Assembly: GCF_001194135.2 (NCBI RefSeq)
Contig: NC_068992.1
Coordinates: 9,933,063 to 9,997,062 of the forward strand
Length of the DNA stretch: 64,000 nt
DNA from: Octopus bimaculoides
Taxonomy: Eukaryota
Reading direction: 5' to 3'
Below are positions 27,713 to 39,755 of this stretch, in pieces. Position 1 is the first letter of the stretch. The number at the start of each line of letters is the position of its first letter. The notes below the pieces were generated by a model, which made no database searches, had not been told where the DNA came from, and was given only the letters and a program-made list of their open reading frames with translations. The position numbers were made by a program, and so were the translations under genes.

Positions 27713-28006
27713 AGTTCTATATTTAAGAGATGAGGAATTATGTGCATTATTTACATTTGACGGATATTTGTCCTCATCTTGTTTGTTGTTAACACAACGC
27801 TTCGGCTGATATACCCTCCAGCCTTCATCAGGTGTCTTGGAGAAATTTCCAACTTGGGTTCTCATTCCTAAGGTATTTTTCGATGTTATTAATTATTATT
27901 ATTATTATTATTATTATCATTATTATATTATAATTCAGATTACTGCCTGGAATCGAACTCGGAATATTGAGGTTAGTAGCCCGTGCTCTTAATCACTACG
28001 CCATAT
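27713..28006 (-). mobile_element. tRNA-derived SINE with a Penelope-like, hammerhead-containing 3' tail
   Basis: Minus-strand head ATGGCGTAGTGATTAAGAGCACGGGCTACTAACC...CCGAGTTCGATTCC has Pol III A and B boxes. An internal (TAA)n follows, then tail ...GACACCTGATGAAGGCTGGAGGGTATATCAGCCGAAGCGTTGTGTT... Confidence 0.75.
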
Positions 28007-28081
28007 GCTGGAGGGTATATCAGCCGAAACGTTGTGTTAATAAACAAAATGAGGACAAATAGCCGTAAAATGTAAATAATG
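27745..28081. repeat. About 75-bp imperfect inverted repeat (arms 27745-27822 and 28007-28081)
   Basis: Left arm attatttacatttgacggatatttgtcctcatcttg...cggctgatataccctccagc is the reverse complement of right arm gctggagggtatatcagccg...gaggacaaatagccgtaaaatgtaaataat, with a few substitutions and one small indel. Confidence 0.9.
27791..27836 (-). ncRNA. Minimal type-I hammerhead ribozyme motif; this copy has GAAG in place of core GAAA and is likely inactive
   Basis: GACAC-CUGAUGA-A-GGCUG(10-nt loop)CAGCC-GAAG-CG-UU-GUGUU. Stem I is GACAC/GUGUU and stem II is GGCUG/CAGCC. The inverted copy at 28025-28037 keeps GAAACGTTGTGTT. Confidence 0.55.
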
Positions 28082-30523
28082 TGCCAATTTGTTTCTAATT
28101 TAGGCACAAAGTGAGCAATTTTAGGGAGAGGGGCAGAGCTGACCTCGCCTGGATTTGAACTCAGAACCGTAAACTGTCAGAACAATATTTTTTGGCGCTG
28201 CTCTAACGATTCTGCAATAAATAATACTGTCTGGCAGTTGAATAAGTTATGACTAAAAGTCAATTAGTTACAACCAAGAGGAAATTTAAATAATAATAAT
28301 AACAACCTTAAGGTTTCCGCCACGGAAATTTGAAACTTATGACTCAGAAGATAAAGATATTTAAAGAAATGTTTCACAAGCGTGTTTGAATAAAAGCTCC
28401 AACGAATCTCATTAGTAGTACAGTTACACAGAGCACACGAAATGCTCTTTACCGCCAGTACGATTGTTACAAGTACAGTAGCTATCTGTGCGAGCGTGTG
28501 AATGGATGAAAAGGCGAATGCGTCGAATACAAAACTAAAAAAGCTATGGGAAACAGGTTTTAGGTGTGTAATAAAAGACTGAATTCGGGTAAAATATATA
28601 TAAATAACAACAATAAAAGTAACATAAGAACTCGTGTATGAAAGGATAGCCAAGCCAAAACAAAAAAAAAAAAANNNNNNNNNNAAAAAAAAAAAAAAAA
28701 AGGAAAAATTTTGAACACAGGTTGATTGAAGTTCAAAGCAAATTGAAGCACGCGATGTTTCATTGCAAAAACAACAAACAAATCTATCGTACCCCTACAC
28801 ACAACACCTACGTCTACATCTTTAAGGGATGACCTATCGTGCACTTTTACTCTCATACTCATCCATTCTAAATAAACGAGAAACGGGTGAACGAGTGGGT
28901 GGGTGTCTGCTTAGTAATTTTAAGTCCGCTGTCTCTTGTATATCTTATTAGGACAGCAGGTAGCAGACTCGTTAGAACGTCGGATAAAATGCCTTGTGGT
29001 ATTTAGTTATATCACTTTACGTTAGCCATGGGAAACCTTTTTCCGAGAAACGGGCCGTATGAGACATGGATAACAATCAGGTTGGCCGCGCTACTAAAAA
29101 ATTTCAGAGTAATTTTTCGTTATGCATGCCATTCAGAAAAAGTCCTGCGGGCAGCAGTTTGGGTAATTTTTCAGACAACCTCAAAGCTCACATATGAACC
29201 GTTTCTTCTCTCTCTTTTATTGCTACTACAACTTCTGTTGCCCTGCTCATCCTTCAGAACTAATTCACCACCACCACCACATCTCTCTCTCTCTCTCCTT
29301 TCACTGTCAACCCCAATGTGTATCTATCACCATTCAGATCCTATGTTAAATACTTGGCCCAATCATTTCTCTTTCATTCTCTTCAAGGAATGCCCTTCTT
29401 TTCACACACATGAACATCGTCATAGGTATCGGCATGCAGATATCCAAATTGATCATCACAATCTACCTCACAAATCTGCAGAAAGTTACAAAGTGACTCA
29501 AGAGCTGAAACTTTCATACATGGCACTAATACGCGAAATTCGGCCTCAGTCAATTTTGCAAATTTCTGTTGATATAAAAGTGATAAGTGCTAAGTGGCTT
29601 CTACCAAAGCCTTGTAGGTGTACTATGTAGATGGAAACTGAAAGACACACGTGTGTGTGTGTGCGTCTTTGTCCCCTGCCACAGCTTCAATTAACGTGTA
29701 AGTGAATTGAAATAAAATGGTTGTTGAGACTTTAGTCGAGGTCAACCATGATTAAGTGAACATTACTAGAATCATTCAAACCATGAATACCTTCTTATAT
29801 TTTAAGCCTCACATTAAGGGCAACCTTTTTCAAGCAGCAGGCTGCATGAAACCTAGCTCATCACTAGGCAAGCTTCATTACTAGAACAAAAAACATAAAA
29901 ATTCTCCAAGAAATATAGTTTTGCATGCTGATGTCAAAAACTGTTTTTTCTAGGAATTTAATGAAGAAGTTATGTCAAGAGAAAATTCGAAATACTTCCA
30001 ATGGTTGGAAGAAATCTAACAAGATCCTCCAATGTTCCAATCATATTATTTAAAAAAAAAAATTTATATGAAAATTTTGAAGGGATACTTGGCTGCTATT
30101 TCTAGCAGGTACAGCGATAACAGAGAGGCTCCCCCGTTGGCAAGAAATGAAACCGGGTCAACAGCTGTCGGAGTAAGATCTGACTGACAAACACAATAAA
30201 CAAAAATGTGTGTGTGTGTGTGTATAAAAAGGGAGGAGTCGATATCGAATGGTCATGTGCAAAGTAATTTTCTGTTAGCATCATTCCATCACACACACAC
30301 ACACACCAACTGACAGAGCATAAAAAATTAGGTCTGTATAGTATACATTCACACACACACACAAGTGGATGACTCATTCATAGACAAATTTACACATTTC
30401 AAGTCTGAATAAAGGCGATTAATGCTTAAGGTAATACAAGTGTGTGCCTGCTCTCAGGAAACTGTGACCTCATTAATCAGATAAAAGAGTCATATAAACA
30501 CACACACACACACACACACACAA

Positions 30524-30850
30524 ATGGCTGTGTTTGTAGGAAGCTTGCCTCCCAACCACATGGTTTTGGATTCAGTTCCACTGCATAGCACCTCGAGTGT
30601 CCTCAACTATAACTCTGAGCCGACCAAAGCCTTGTGAGTAGATCTGGGAAACGGAAACTGAAAGAAGCCTGTAGTGCATGAGTGTAAGCTTGACAACCAG
30701 TGGGTGTTGGCTTGTTTGCATCCCATAATTTAGCGATTCAGCCAGAAAAACTGATACCACAATTTCAAAAAAATAAGTACTAGGGTTAATTTGTTCAACT
30801 ATAAGCCTTCAGCGTGGTGCCTCAACTTGCCCAATGACTGAAACAAGTAA
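30524..30850 (+). mobile_element. SINE family A, copy 1 of tandem cluster
   Basis: Head atggctgtgtttgtaggaagcttgcctcccaaccacatgg; tail ccaatgactgaaacaagtaa. Confidence 0.85.
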
Positions 30851-31215
30851 GGCAGAAGCTGCATGGTACGAAGTTAGCTTCCTAACCACAAGGTTCTGGG
30901 TTCAGTCCCACTGTGTAGCACCATTCTACTATAGCCCGAGGTCAACCAAAACCTTGTGAGTGGATTTGATAGACAGAAAGTGAAAGAAGCCTGTCAGGTG
31001 TGTGTGTGTGTGTTTGTTTGTTTTGTGCTTGCCCCTGCCACCACTTGACAACTGTTATTTTACATATGTTCACATAACTTAGAGGTTCAGCAAAAGAGAC
31101 CAACAGAATCAGTATTGGGCTTTAAAAAATAAGTCCTGAGGTTAATTTATTCACTCAAAAAGTCAAGGCAGTGCCCAGGCATGGCCGCAGTTTAATGGTT
31201 GAAACAAGTGAGAGA
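30851..31215 (+). mobile_element. SINE family A, copy 2 of tandem cluster
   Basis: Begins directly after the copy 1 tail; same body and tail motifs. Confidence 0.85.
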
Positions 31216-31220
31216 CAGAA

Positions 31221-31272
31221 GACCAAAGCCTTGTGAGTGGATTTGGTAGATGGAAACTGAAGGTAGCCCGTC

Positions 31273-31324
<52 letters not shown>

Positions 31325-31550
31325 TTATATGTATGTGTGTGTATATGTTTGTGTGTCTGTGTTTGTTCCCCACCAACATCGCTTGACACCCGATGGAAAT
31401 GTGGTTACTTTCCCGTAACTTAGCGGTTCGGCAAAAGAGACTGATAGAACAAGTACTAAGCTTCCAAAGAATAAGTCCTGGGGTCGATTTGCTCGACTGA
31501 AGGCGGTGCTCCAGCATGACCACAGTCAAATGACTGAAACAAGTAAAAGA
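31221..31550 (+). mobile_element. SINE family A, 5'-truncated copy 3 of tandem cluster
   Basis: Starts at gaccaaagccttgtgagtggatttgg; ends cagtcaaatgactgaaacaagtaaaaga. Confidence 0.85.
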
Positions 31551-34399
31551 GAAATGAGAGAAAGATATATAGATATATACACACACATACACATACCCTG
31601 GTTGGTTTATAAAAACTGGAAACAAAGTTTGGTACATAAAAACCAAATCAAAATGTCAAACCCACACAGACTGATAATGCAGAGGACATTTGTGGAGATA
31701 TGGGAAGGTTGTGAAGGTACAAGCAAAAAAAGAGTAGGTGAGGGAACAAATCCTAGTAGAACTCCATTCAAATGATTGCAGGTTTGGGCCATGCACTACA
31801 TAGGCTTGGTGGCCTGACAGGTAACTCATTATATATGTATATCTATACATTTTGTGTTCTTTTGTAAGTGGTGCTGAGTATGTATGTATGGAATGACAAT
31901 GGGGAATGGGATGAAAAGCTCTACTGAAGTCAAGTGTGTTAAAATAGTACATATATGTAGGTGTTTTGTTGTTGCAGCCATCATATTTACTGTGAGGAAT
32001 GGACTAAATGTGTGTTGTGGTTTAGAGAGGAAGTACAAATTAATGACGTCAAGGGTCAAACCCTCTACAATTTTATAAGATGTATAAAGGACTTTCCTAC
32101 ATGTTTACATGACATTACTTTGCATTTTTGTTGTAATTTTGTCTACTTTCCATATTACTAAAGCTTGTATAAGGACTTGTAGCTATTTGTGAGTACAGCA
32201 ATTCCTAGACCTGAATTTCGGGTGTGTTTTTGATTTTTGTGTAGCTCTGATCCCTTTTAAAATTTTCCCATTGTTTTTATATGCCTGATGGAAAGAAGAA
32301 ATTGAAATAGAAATTAGAATGATGGTCTTCTAAGTGGATGCAGCATACATGTTATTTATGTTCCTGTAGCTGATTTTTGAGCAATGCCTGACAAGCACGT
32401 TTGCTAGGTGTTGTAGTGTGGGTATCTTATTTGAGGTAACATACAGACAGCCTTATCTAAGCTCAATTCAAATCAACTACTCTAAGCTCAATTCAAATCA
32501 TCGAGAAACTTCCTCAACATACTGGAAATAATACCATCTAAATCCTCCGTTTCCCTTCTTAGCAACAGCATAAGAGAATATCAAATACAACTAATCCTCA
32601 ATAACATTAAGCATACCACGCACGCATGTATACATGAAATGTAAAAATACAAATAGTGTGACTCTTCCACAATATTCACAACACACATAAAAGATAGTGA
32701 AGGAAGAAAATTGATGTACAAAATGTGATCTCTACAAGAAATCACAACAAAATACGATGACACAAATAGTGCCCTATGCATTATTATTATTACAAGTTAT
32801 GGACAGACCTCGTCAATATATCTCCCAATGGAACAGAAATATTAAAATAATCAAAGGTTACCTAGCCATGTGAGAGATATGGTTTTTACTACAGTAAGGA
32901 TCAACCACTAAATCCCTGGTGTTACATAAAGAATCCATTCCTAAACATTATACATTTCATAGCACAACTAGAAAAACTTCCTAACACATTTTCAGTTGCT
33001 GAAACATGCTAAATGAAAAAGTAGAAGGTCACAAGGAATCACTTACTTTAAACATCTACACAATTACTTGAAAATTTTCTAAACATTTTGCCAAGATGTT
33101 TCTCAAATATAGTAAGACACCCAGGTAATCCCAACAGTGTTTCAAGTTTTTTGAACTTGGACTAAAACAATTAATCTTAAGACACTTTATGACAAGTGAA
33201 ATTTCTGTTCAGATCTAGGTTTATACTGGCTTTCTTTCCTGCATGGGTTTTCTCATAAATCACTCTTTATAGCTCATTTTCTAAGCCATTATGATATATG
33301 GGTTAAGTTAGATATACATTAAAAAAGTCATTAAATAAAGCTAAAACAAAACACATTTGAAATACTGAAGCTGATGAATCACAACTTAGGAAATTACAAC
33401 AATGGATCACCAGTGACCGAAGATGAGTTGCCCCTGCGCAATGGACCCTTATAAAACATACTCAGACATTTGGACATCAAAGTAAAATTTTGTAGAAATT
33501 AGCAAAAGCTTTATGAAATTTCATGAAGGTTTTATTAAATTTGTCAAATAGAGTCAATCTTACTAATTTTAGTATTAAAAAAATACCATATTCGACAATG
33601 TTGGTGTGTAAATGTATGCACATGTAAATCTGAGTATATATATATATACATCAGAAAGGCAGTGTAGCAGGTGTGTGTTGATATGTGTGTGTATGTGTGT
33701 CAGGAAGGAAGTAAGTGGGCTGGTGAGAGAGACAGTTGTGCGTGGGAGAAAAGAATCAAGTTTGTAATGTCAACCACAAAGAATATATATATCAGAACAG
33801 ACCAGGGCAATAATAAAACAATTTATAAAAAAATAAAAAAAATAAATAAAAAAAACTTGTCAGGAGTGGGTATTAAATGCTTTGTTACACACAACCACCT
33901 CACATAAACTGGAATGCAGTAGCAGCAGTAAAAGTAGTAGTAGTAGTAGTTGTAGTGTTTTATGGATGTAGGCATGGTTGAATGGTTAAGGATTTTGCTC
34001 TACATTAACCAAACCTTGGATCTGATACCCTTGTGTGACATCTTGGCTCTGTATCTTTTATCACAACTCCAAATCACAGGTGAAATAAAGCCTTACGAAT
34101 GAAACCAGGTACACAGAAATTGCATGGATGGCCATCAGAAGTACTATACCAGTAATTAGAAAGGGACCAGCCTTATACATTGTGTAATGCTGATCCTGCC
34201 TGAAGATTATATTACGGGTAAATATCTGTGGAATACTCAGTCACACAATACACTGAACATGTTATTCAGTCAATTGAACCAGAATGATGGTGGTCTGTGC
34301 GCTAAACAGTCGTGTATTAAGGTTTTGTGTAATAAAGTTGAGAAACTTCAATTAACAGAGATTATTCATGCAACTGGTCTGTCTATCTATCTATCTATC

Positions 34400-34690
34400 T
34401 ATCTATGTATATGTTTGTCTCACCACTGCTTGACAACTGGTGTTGGTTTGTTTTCATCCTTGTAACTTAGTAGTTTAGCAATAGAAACCAATAGAATAAG
34501 CACACCATCATCATCTTCATTTAATATCTGTTTTCCATGCTGGCATGGGTTGGACAGTTTGGCTGAAAACTGGTAAGCTGCACCAGGTTCTAACCACACT
34601 GTGAAAGAAAAGTACTGGGGTCAATTTGTTCCATTAAACAGTCCTTCAAGGCAGTGCTCCAGCATGGCTACAATAAAATGATTAAAACTT
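34400..34690 (+). mobile_element. SINE family A 3' half, interrupted by a minus-strand family B fragment (about 34507-34595)
   Basis: The A motif ccactgcttgacaactgg...aatagaataag resumes as aagtactggggtcaatttg after the insert catcatc...ttccatgctggcatgggttggacag. Confidence 0.7.
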
Positions 34691-34902
34691 TGTCTTCTCC
34701 AGCAATGATTTGGATTTTATTGCTTTTGCAAGCAAACAAACGAGTCAAAAATATAGCCATTTAATTTTTGAGGTAGTTAAATTTTGGATACTGATGGTGG
34801 TTCATGACAGAAGAGCCACTGCATTTCCATCTCAAAGCAAGATCAACTGATAAAAAGTCTTAGAATGCTGAACTACAAAGCAAACAGAAATGTGTGTGTG
34901 TG

Positions 34903-35248
34903 ATCATCATCATCATCATCATCATCGTTTAACGTCCGCTTTCCATGCTAGCATGGTTTGGACGATTTGACTGAGGACTGGTGAAACCAGATGGCTACAC
35001 CAGGCTCCAATCTGATTTGGCAGAGTTTCTACAGCTGGATGCCCTTCCTAATGCCAACCACTCCCAGAGTGAAGTGGGTGCTTTTACGTGCCTCCGGCAC
35101 AAAGGCCAGTCAGGCGGTACTGGCAACAGCCACGCTCAAAATGGTGTATTTTACGTGCCACCTGCACAAGAACCAGTCCGGCAGCACTGGCAACGATCTC
35201 GCTCGAATGTCTTTACATGTGCCATCTGGCACAAGTGCCAGGAAGGCA
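34903..35248 (-). mobile_element. Family B, long young copy
   Basis: Nearly identical over more than 150 bp to 36261-36600 and 63786-64000. Confidence 0.9.
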
Positions 35249-35275
35249 GAGATGTGTGTGCATGTTCAGATGTAG

Positions 35276-35620
35276 ATATAGCTGTGTGGTAAGAAGTTTG
35301 CTTCACAACCACATGGTTTTGGGTTCAGTCCCACTTCGTGACACTTTGATCAAATGTCTTCTGCTATAGCTTTGGGCCAACCAAAGCCTTGTGAGTGGAT
35401 TTGGAAACTGAAAGAAGTTTGTTGCGTCTTTGTCCCCCACCACTGCTTGACAACCAGTATTGGTGTGTTTATGTCTCTGTGGCTTAATGAAAGTAATTGA
35501 TATCATAAATACCAAGCTTAAAAATAAAATACTGGGGTCGATTCATTCAGCTAAAAATTCTTCAGGGTGGTACCCAAAGTATGGCCACAGTCTAATGCCT
35601 GAGACATGTAAAAGATAAAT
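35276..35620 (+). mobile_element. SINE family A copy
   Basis: gctgtgtggtaagaagtttgcttcacaaccacatgg...caaagccttgtgagtggatttgg...atggccacagtctaatg. Confidence 0.85.
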
Positions 35621-36260
35621 ACACACACACGCAATTGAGAAAGACACACATATTAGACATTCATATATGCGTGTAACCTAGTTCTTCATTATCTTTGCCA
35701 GCTCAAATAGTCTGTCAAAGTTAAAGTGCATGCAATAAAAAGTGCAAGAGAACCAACAAAATCTGATAGAAAAAGAGCAGCAGAGAGGATAAGAGTTGGT
35801 GATTGAAGAATCAATGAAATGTAATAAATTGCAACTTGGTTGTGGCCATAATGATTATTGTATTCTGTTTTTGTAGACAGATGTTCCATACAAGCTTGCA
35901 ACAAATTTGTGTGCTGCACGTTGCAATATTTCTGTGTGTCTACACAAGCATTTGTTCTTAAATTAATCCATGCTTTATTAAATCACTAATTTTCTATGAG
36001 TTCATCTGATTGATTTCTGTCTTTGACCAGCCTGCATGTGAGACAAAGTACTCATGCATACGTTTGTCTGTTGTATGGAGTGGGGAGTGGCAATGCAATG
36101 TTACTTTTTTTTGCGGTCATCTTATAAATACAAACATCATCGGTCCCCACCCCCTCTAGATTGTTTTGACTAAACACAAGGCCTTTCTTAAAGAAGGGTT
36201 AATGCAAGTGAGGAAGTTCTATAGACAGTTTGGTGTCTCACAGGCACTTTACTCACTACT

Positions 36261-36600
36261 TCATCATCATCATCATCATCGTTTAACGTCCGTTTTCCAT
36301 GCTAGCATGGGTTGGACGATTTGACTGAGGACTGGCAAACCAGATGGCTACACCAGGCTCCAATCTGATTTGGCAGAGTTTCTACAGGTGGATGCCCTTC
36401 CTAACGCCAACCACTCTGAGAGTGTAGCGTGTGCTTTTACGTGCCACTGGTACGAAGGCCAGTCACGCGGTACTGGCAACGGCCACGCTGAAAATCGTGT
36501 ATTTTATGTGCCACCTGCACAGGAGCCAGTCCAGCGGCACTGGCAACGATCTCACTCGAATGTCTTTTCACATGCCACTGGCACAAGTGCCAGGAAGGCA
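36261..36600 (-). mobile_element. Family B, long young copy
   Basis: catcatcatcgtttaacgtccgttttccatgctagcatgggttggacgatttgactgaggactgg... Confidence 0.9.
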
Positions 36601-36784
36601 ACGTTGCAAACAGGCAAAGTTAATTTCAACTGTAAGAACAGAGAGCTATGAAATGGAACCTTGGCTCACATTTAGAGAACTGTAAACTATAGTAGAAGCA
36701 TTCACTTATCTGGTAGAATAGTACACACTGGATTTTAGTCCTGATAGTTATGACAATGGTTAGTGTGTGGTATATTGTTGTATA

Positions 36785-37050
36785 CTGGCAGATGAGGAAA
36801 AGACACTTGGCCTAGCGGTTAGTGTGTTGCACTCACAGTCATGAGTTTGTAGTTTTCAATCCTGAACCAGATATACATTGTGTTCTTGAGCAAAACATTT
36901 CATTTCATGTTGTTCTGCACTCACTTTGTGCACCTGTACAGGTAATGTTGATTTAATGGAGGGAGTAAACTCATGTAAAGTACAAACATTCGATCACTAT
37001 ACATAAATGATCTACGCAGGTTGTTCGGCAAGAAGTTGCAGAATCGTTCT
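36785..37050 (+). mobile_element. tRNA-derived SINE with a CORE-like middle
   Basis: tggcctagcggttagtgtgttgcactcac (A-box-like), then tgtgttcttgagcaaaacatttcatttc. Confidence 0.55.
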
Positions 37051-39366
37051 TCTAAGAGCCGAGAAGCCACCAAGAAGAGAAGGCACGCTCACTGATTGTT
37101 GGTGTAGTAATTAGTCAACAACCCAGTCAGTGGTGGTTATTGCTGTACTGAGTTGTCAACAGTCTATACAGCAATGGTGAAGAAAACAGCTAAACCTTGT
37201 TAGACATCTATACTGATGAGTATAGCAGTCAGTCTACCATAAATAAATAGTAGTATATAATAAGTAGTTGGTCTATAATTAGGATGTAGCTAACGACTGT
37301 TGAATTACTGAAGCCTGCTGTAATTAGATGTAGTGACACAATAGTACACTATTTCAGTTATAGTAAGACTTTAGATTAAATAGTTAAGTAACTTAACTAT
37401 TGTTTTTCATGAGGATGGCGCCTCTGAGTAATACAGTGATTTGCGTTCAGAGAATATGCTGAATAGTAATGGTTGTTTTACAGCAGACTAAGGGCAGGTT
37501 GCAGTGAAAACGGAGTTAGATGATGTATTTAAAGAGTTATCTATAGTTGGAGCACATAATTGTATATCTTTGTTTACAATCAATCAGTGTATTGTGAGTC
37601 CTTAAGTGGTGACAAGTAGAGCATCGGTTATTAGTCACTGCCTATAATAATAATAATAATAAAGCATTTCTTGTTATCTAGTTAGATCACAACACAAAGG
37701 GAACAACAGTTGCAAACAGACGTCTAAGTTGCTGTAGTGAGATGGTTTGGGTTCCAGGTTTTGTTTTTTGTTTTTCATAAGCCGACATCAAGTAAGGAGA
37801 GTGTAAAGAAAAAATGTGAAATTGTGATGGAAATCCTTCTTTTTCTAGAGGGAAATAGGGAAATGGGGTTGAAGAAATGGAATAGCATCAGGTTAAAAAT
37901 GTCTCCTTTACATTGACTTGAACTCCGACTACAATCCCTCCCTGATTGATAAGATGAGTATCACTAATGTACTATTTCGCTTAAATCGATAGGTCACCTT
38001 TTTCACACAATTAATCGTCCGTTATAATGTTAGCTATTATTATTATTGAGAGCAATTCGCTTTTGGAGAAGAGAGAGAGAGACGAGGACATACATACATA
38101 CTGGTATCGATCCCATCGACTACATTATACACCTCTGAAATGGGAAGCCTTGTACCAATGTTAGAAATCAATTATTCCCACAGCATACTAATAATGGTGT
38201 GACACAAGCAGCTGTCATCTCTGTTTGGATTGTGGTCTAACTACAGCAACCTATCTTTGGACTGTTGGACTGTGGTGTAGAAGATCTAGTATGAAGAAAG
38301 AGATCTCCGATATTGTGTATATAAAGCTACATGCATATATTACATCTATATACAACAACTAGAACTGCACGCAGCTAGTTTAGTAAACAATGCAAAATGC
38401 CTGAGGTGTGTGTATAGGGGGTAACAAACAGTGGTTGCTATCGCATACGTCTACCATACTCACCCCCAACAACATTACCGAAAATAATAGTTAAAAATCA
38501 AGTGTTTAACATATAAATCTAACCCATAAAGCCTTGTTTTGTTTCTTCCTACCGTAACCCTCTCCCTCCCGCCAAACAAATCCTAACTGCTGGCTTTGTG
38601 GCTTCTCTTTTCCAAGACATTTACGAGACACATCAGTAACGAATGCCCTTTTTTTTTATTATTACACTGCCTAGCAACTAAGTAACTTCGCTGTAATATT
38701 CAGATATTGCCAAATGTTAAAACAATCAGTACGATTAGCGAGTGAAAAACGTTTATCAAAACAGGCAGACAACGTGTGTCAGCCCGAACTTTGGTTGGTC
38801 GCTTCCCTTTAAGTGTTGTTAATTGCGGTCAGTTCCTATTATGAAAGGCGATTATGATTTCAATGTAGCAGTAGTCTTTCACTTCTGAAGACGACGGAGT
38901 GGTGAGTTGAGGAAGATCTGGCTGCTATTTCTAGCAGGCCTTGAGAAGATGTACGAGTGTGTGTGTGTGTGTTAGTCTTAATGTTTTTATCTAAAAATTT
39001 CTCTGAAACGATAATATTAACTTTACTTAGTAAATATAAATTAAAAAAAATTTACTTAATAAAATAATTATTAATCAAAATAATAAAAGCAGCTGACTAG
39101 CCTTATTACTTACGGATAAACAATGCGGTGGTGCTTATTCAGAAAGAAAGATGTAGAAAACAAAAATTGATGTGATAAGAGAATTGACTAATTTTGAAAT
39201 CCGCCAATTTTAGTGTAAATCAAGTGAAAAGGAAAACAGAAATTATGTTGAAAACTGTTCCCGTGTTCATTACGTCCCTTTACTTTCGAAACTCGAGAGA
39301 ATATACACACACACACACGAGTGTAAATATTACACACACACACATTATATATAGAGATAGAGAGGG

Positions 39367-39755
39367 AGGGTAGTGTGGTGTGGAAGCTCGCTTTGCAACT
39401 ACGTGGTTTCCGGTTCAATCCCACTGCGCAATATTGTGGGCAAGTAGCTTCTACTGTAGATCCAAGTTGACCGATGCTTTGTGAGCGAATTTGGTAGACC
39501 GAAACTCTGAAAGCCCATCGTGTGTGTACATGTACATGTACACATACACACGCGCACACACACACACATCTGTGTCATCTTTCTCGCTGCCTGACAATCG
39601 GTGCTACTTTGTTTACGTCTTCGTAACTTAGCAGTTCGGTAAAAGAGGCGATAGAATAAGTACCAGACTTAAATAAGTGCTGAGATCTATTCGACTAAAC
39701 CCTTCAAGGCAGTGCCCCAGCATGGCTGCAGTCCAATGACTGAAACAAGTAAAAT
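39367..39755 (+). mobile_element. SINE family A copy (CpG retained)
   Basis: gtgtggaagctcgctttgcaactacgtggtttccggttcaatcccactgcg...gcagtccaatgactgaaacaagt. Confidence 0.85.

Noticed and set aside
33047-33161. 115-nt minus-strand segment with ttttag and gtaagt ends
   Set aside because: Stops in all three frames; possible only as a UTR exon, which cannot be supported from sequence.
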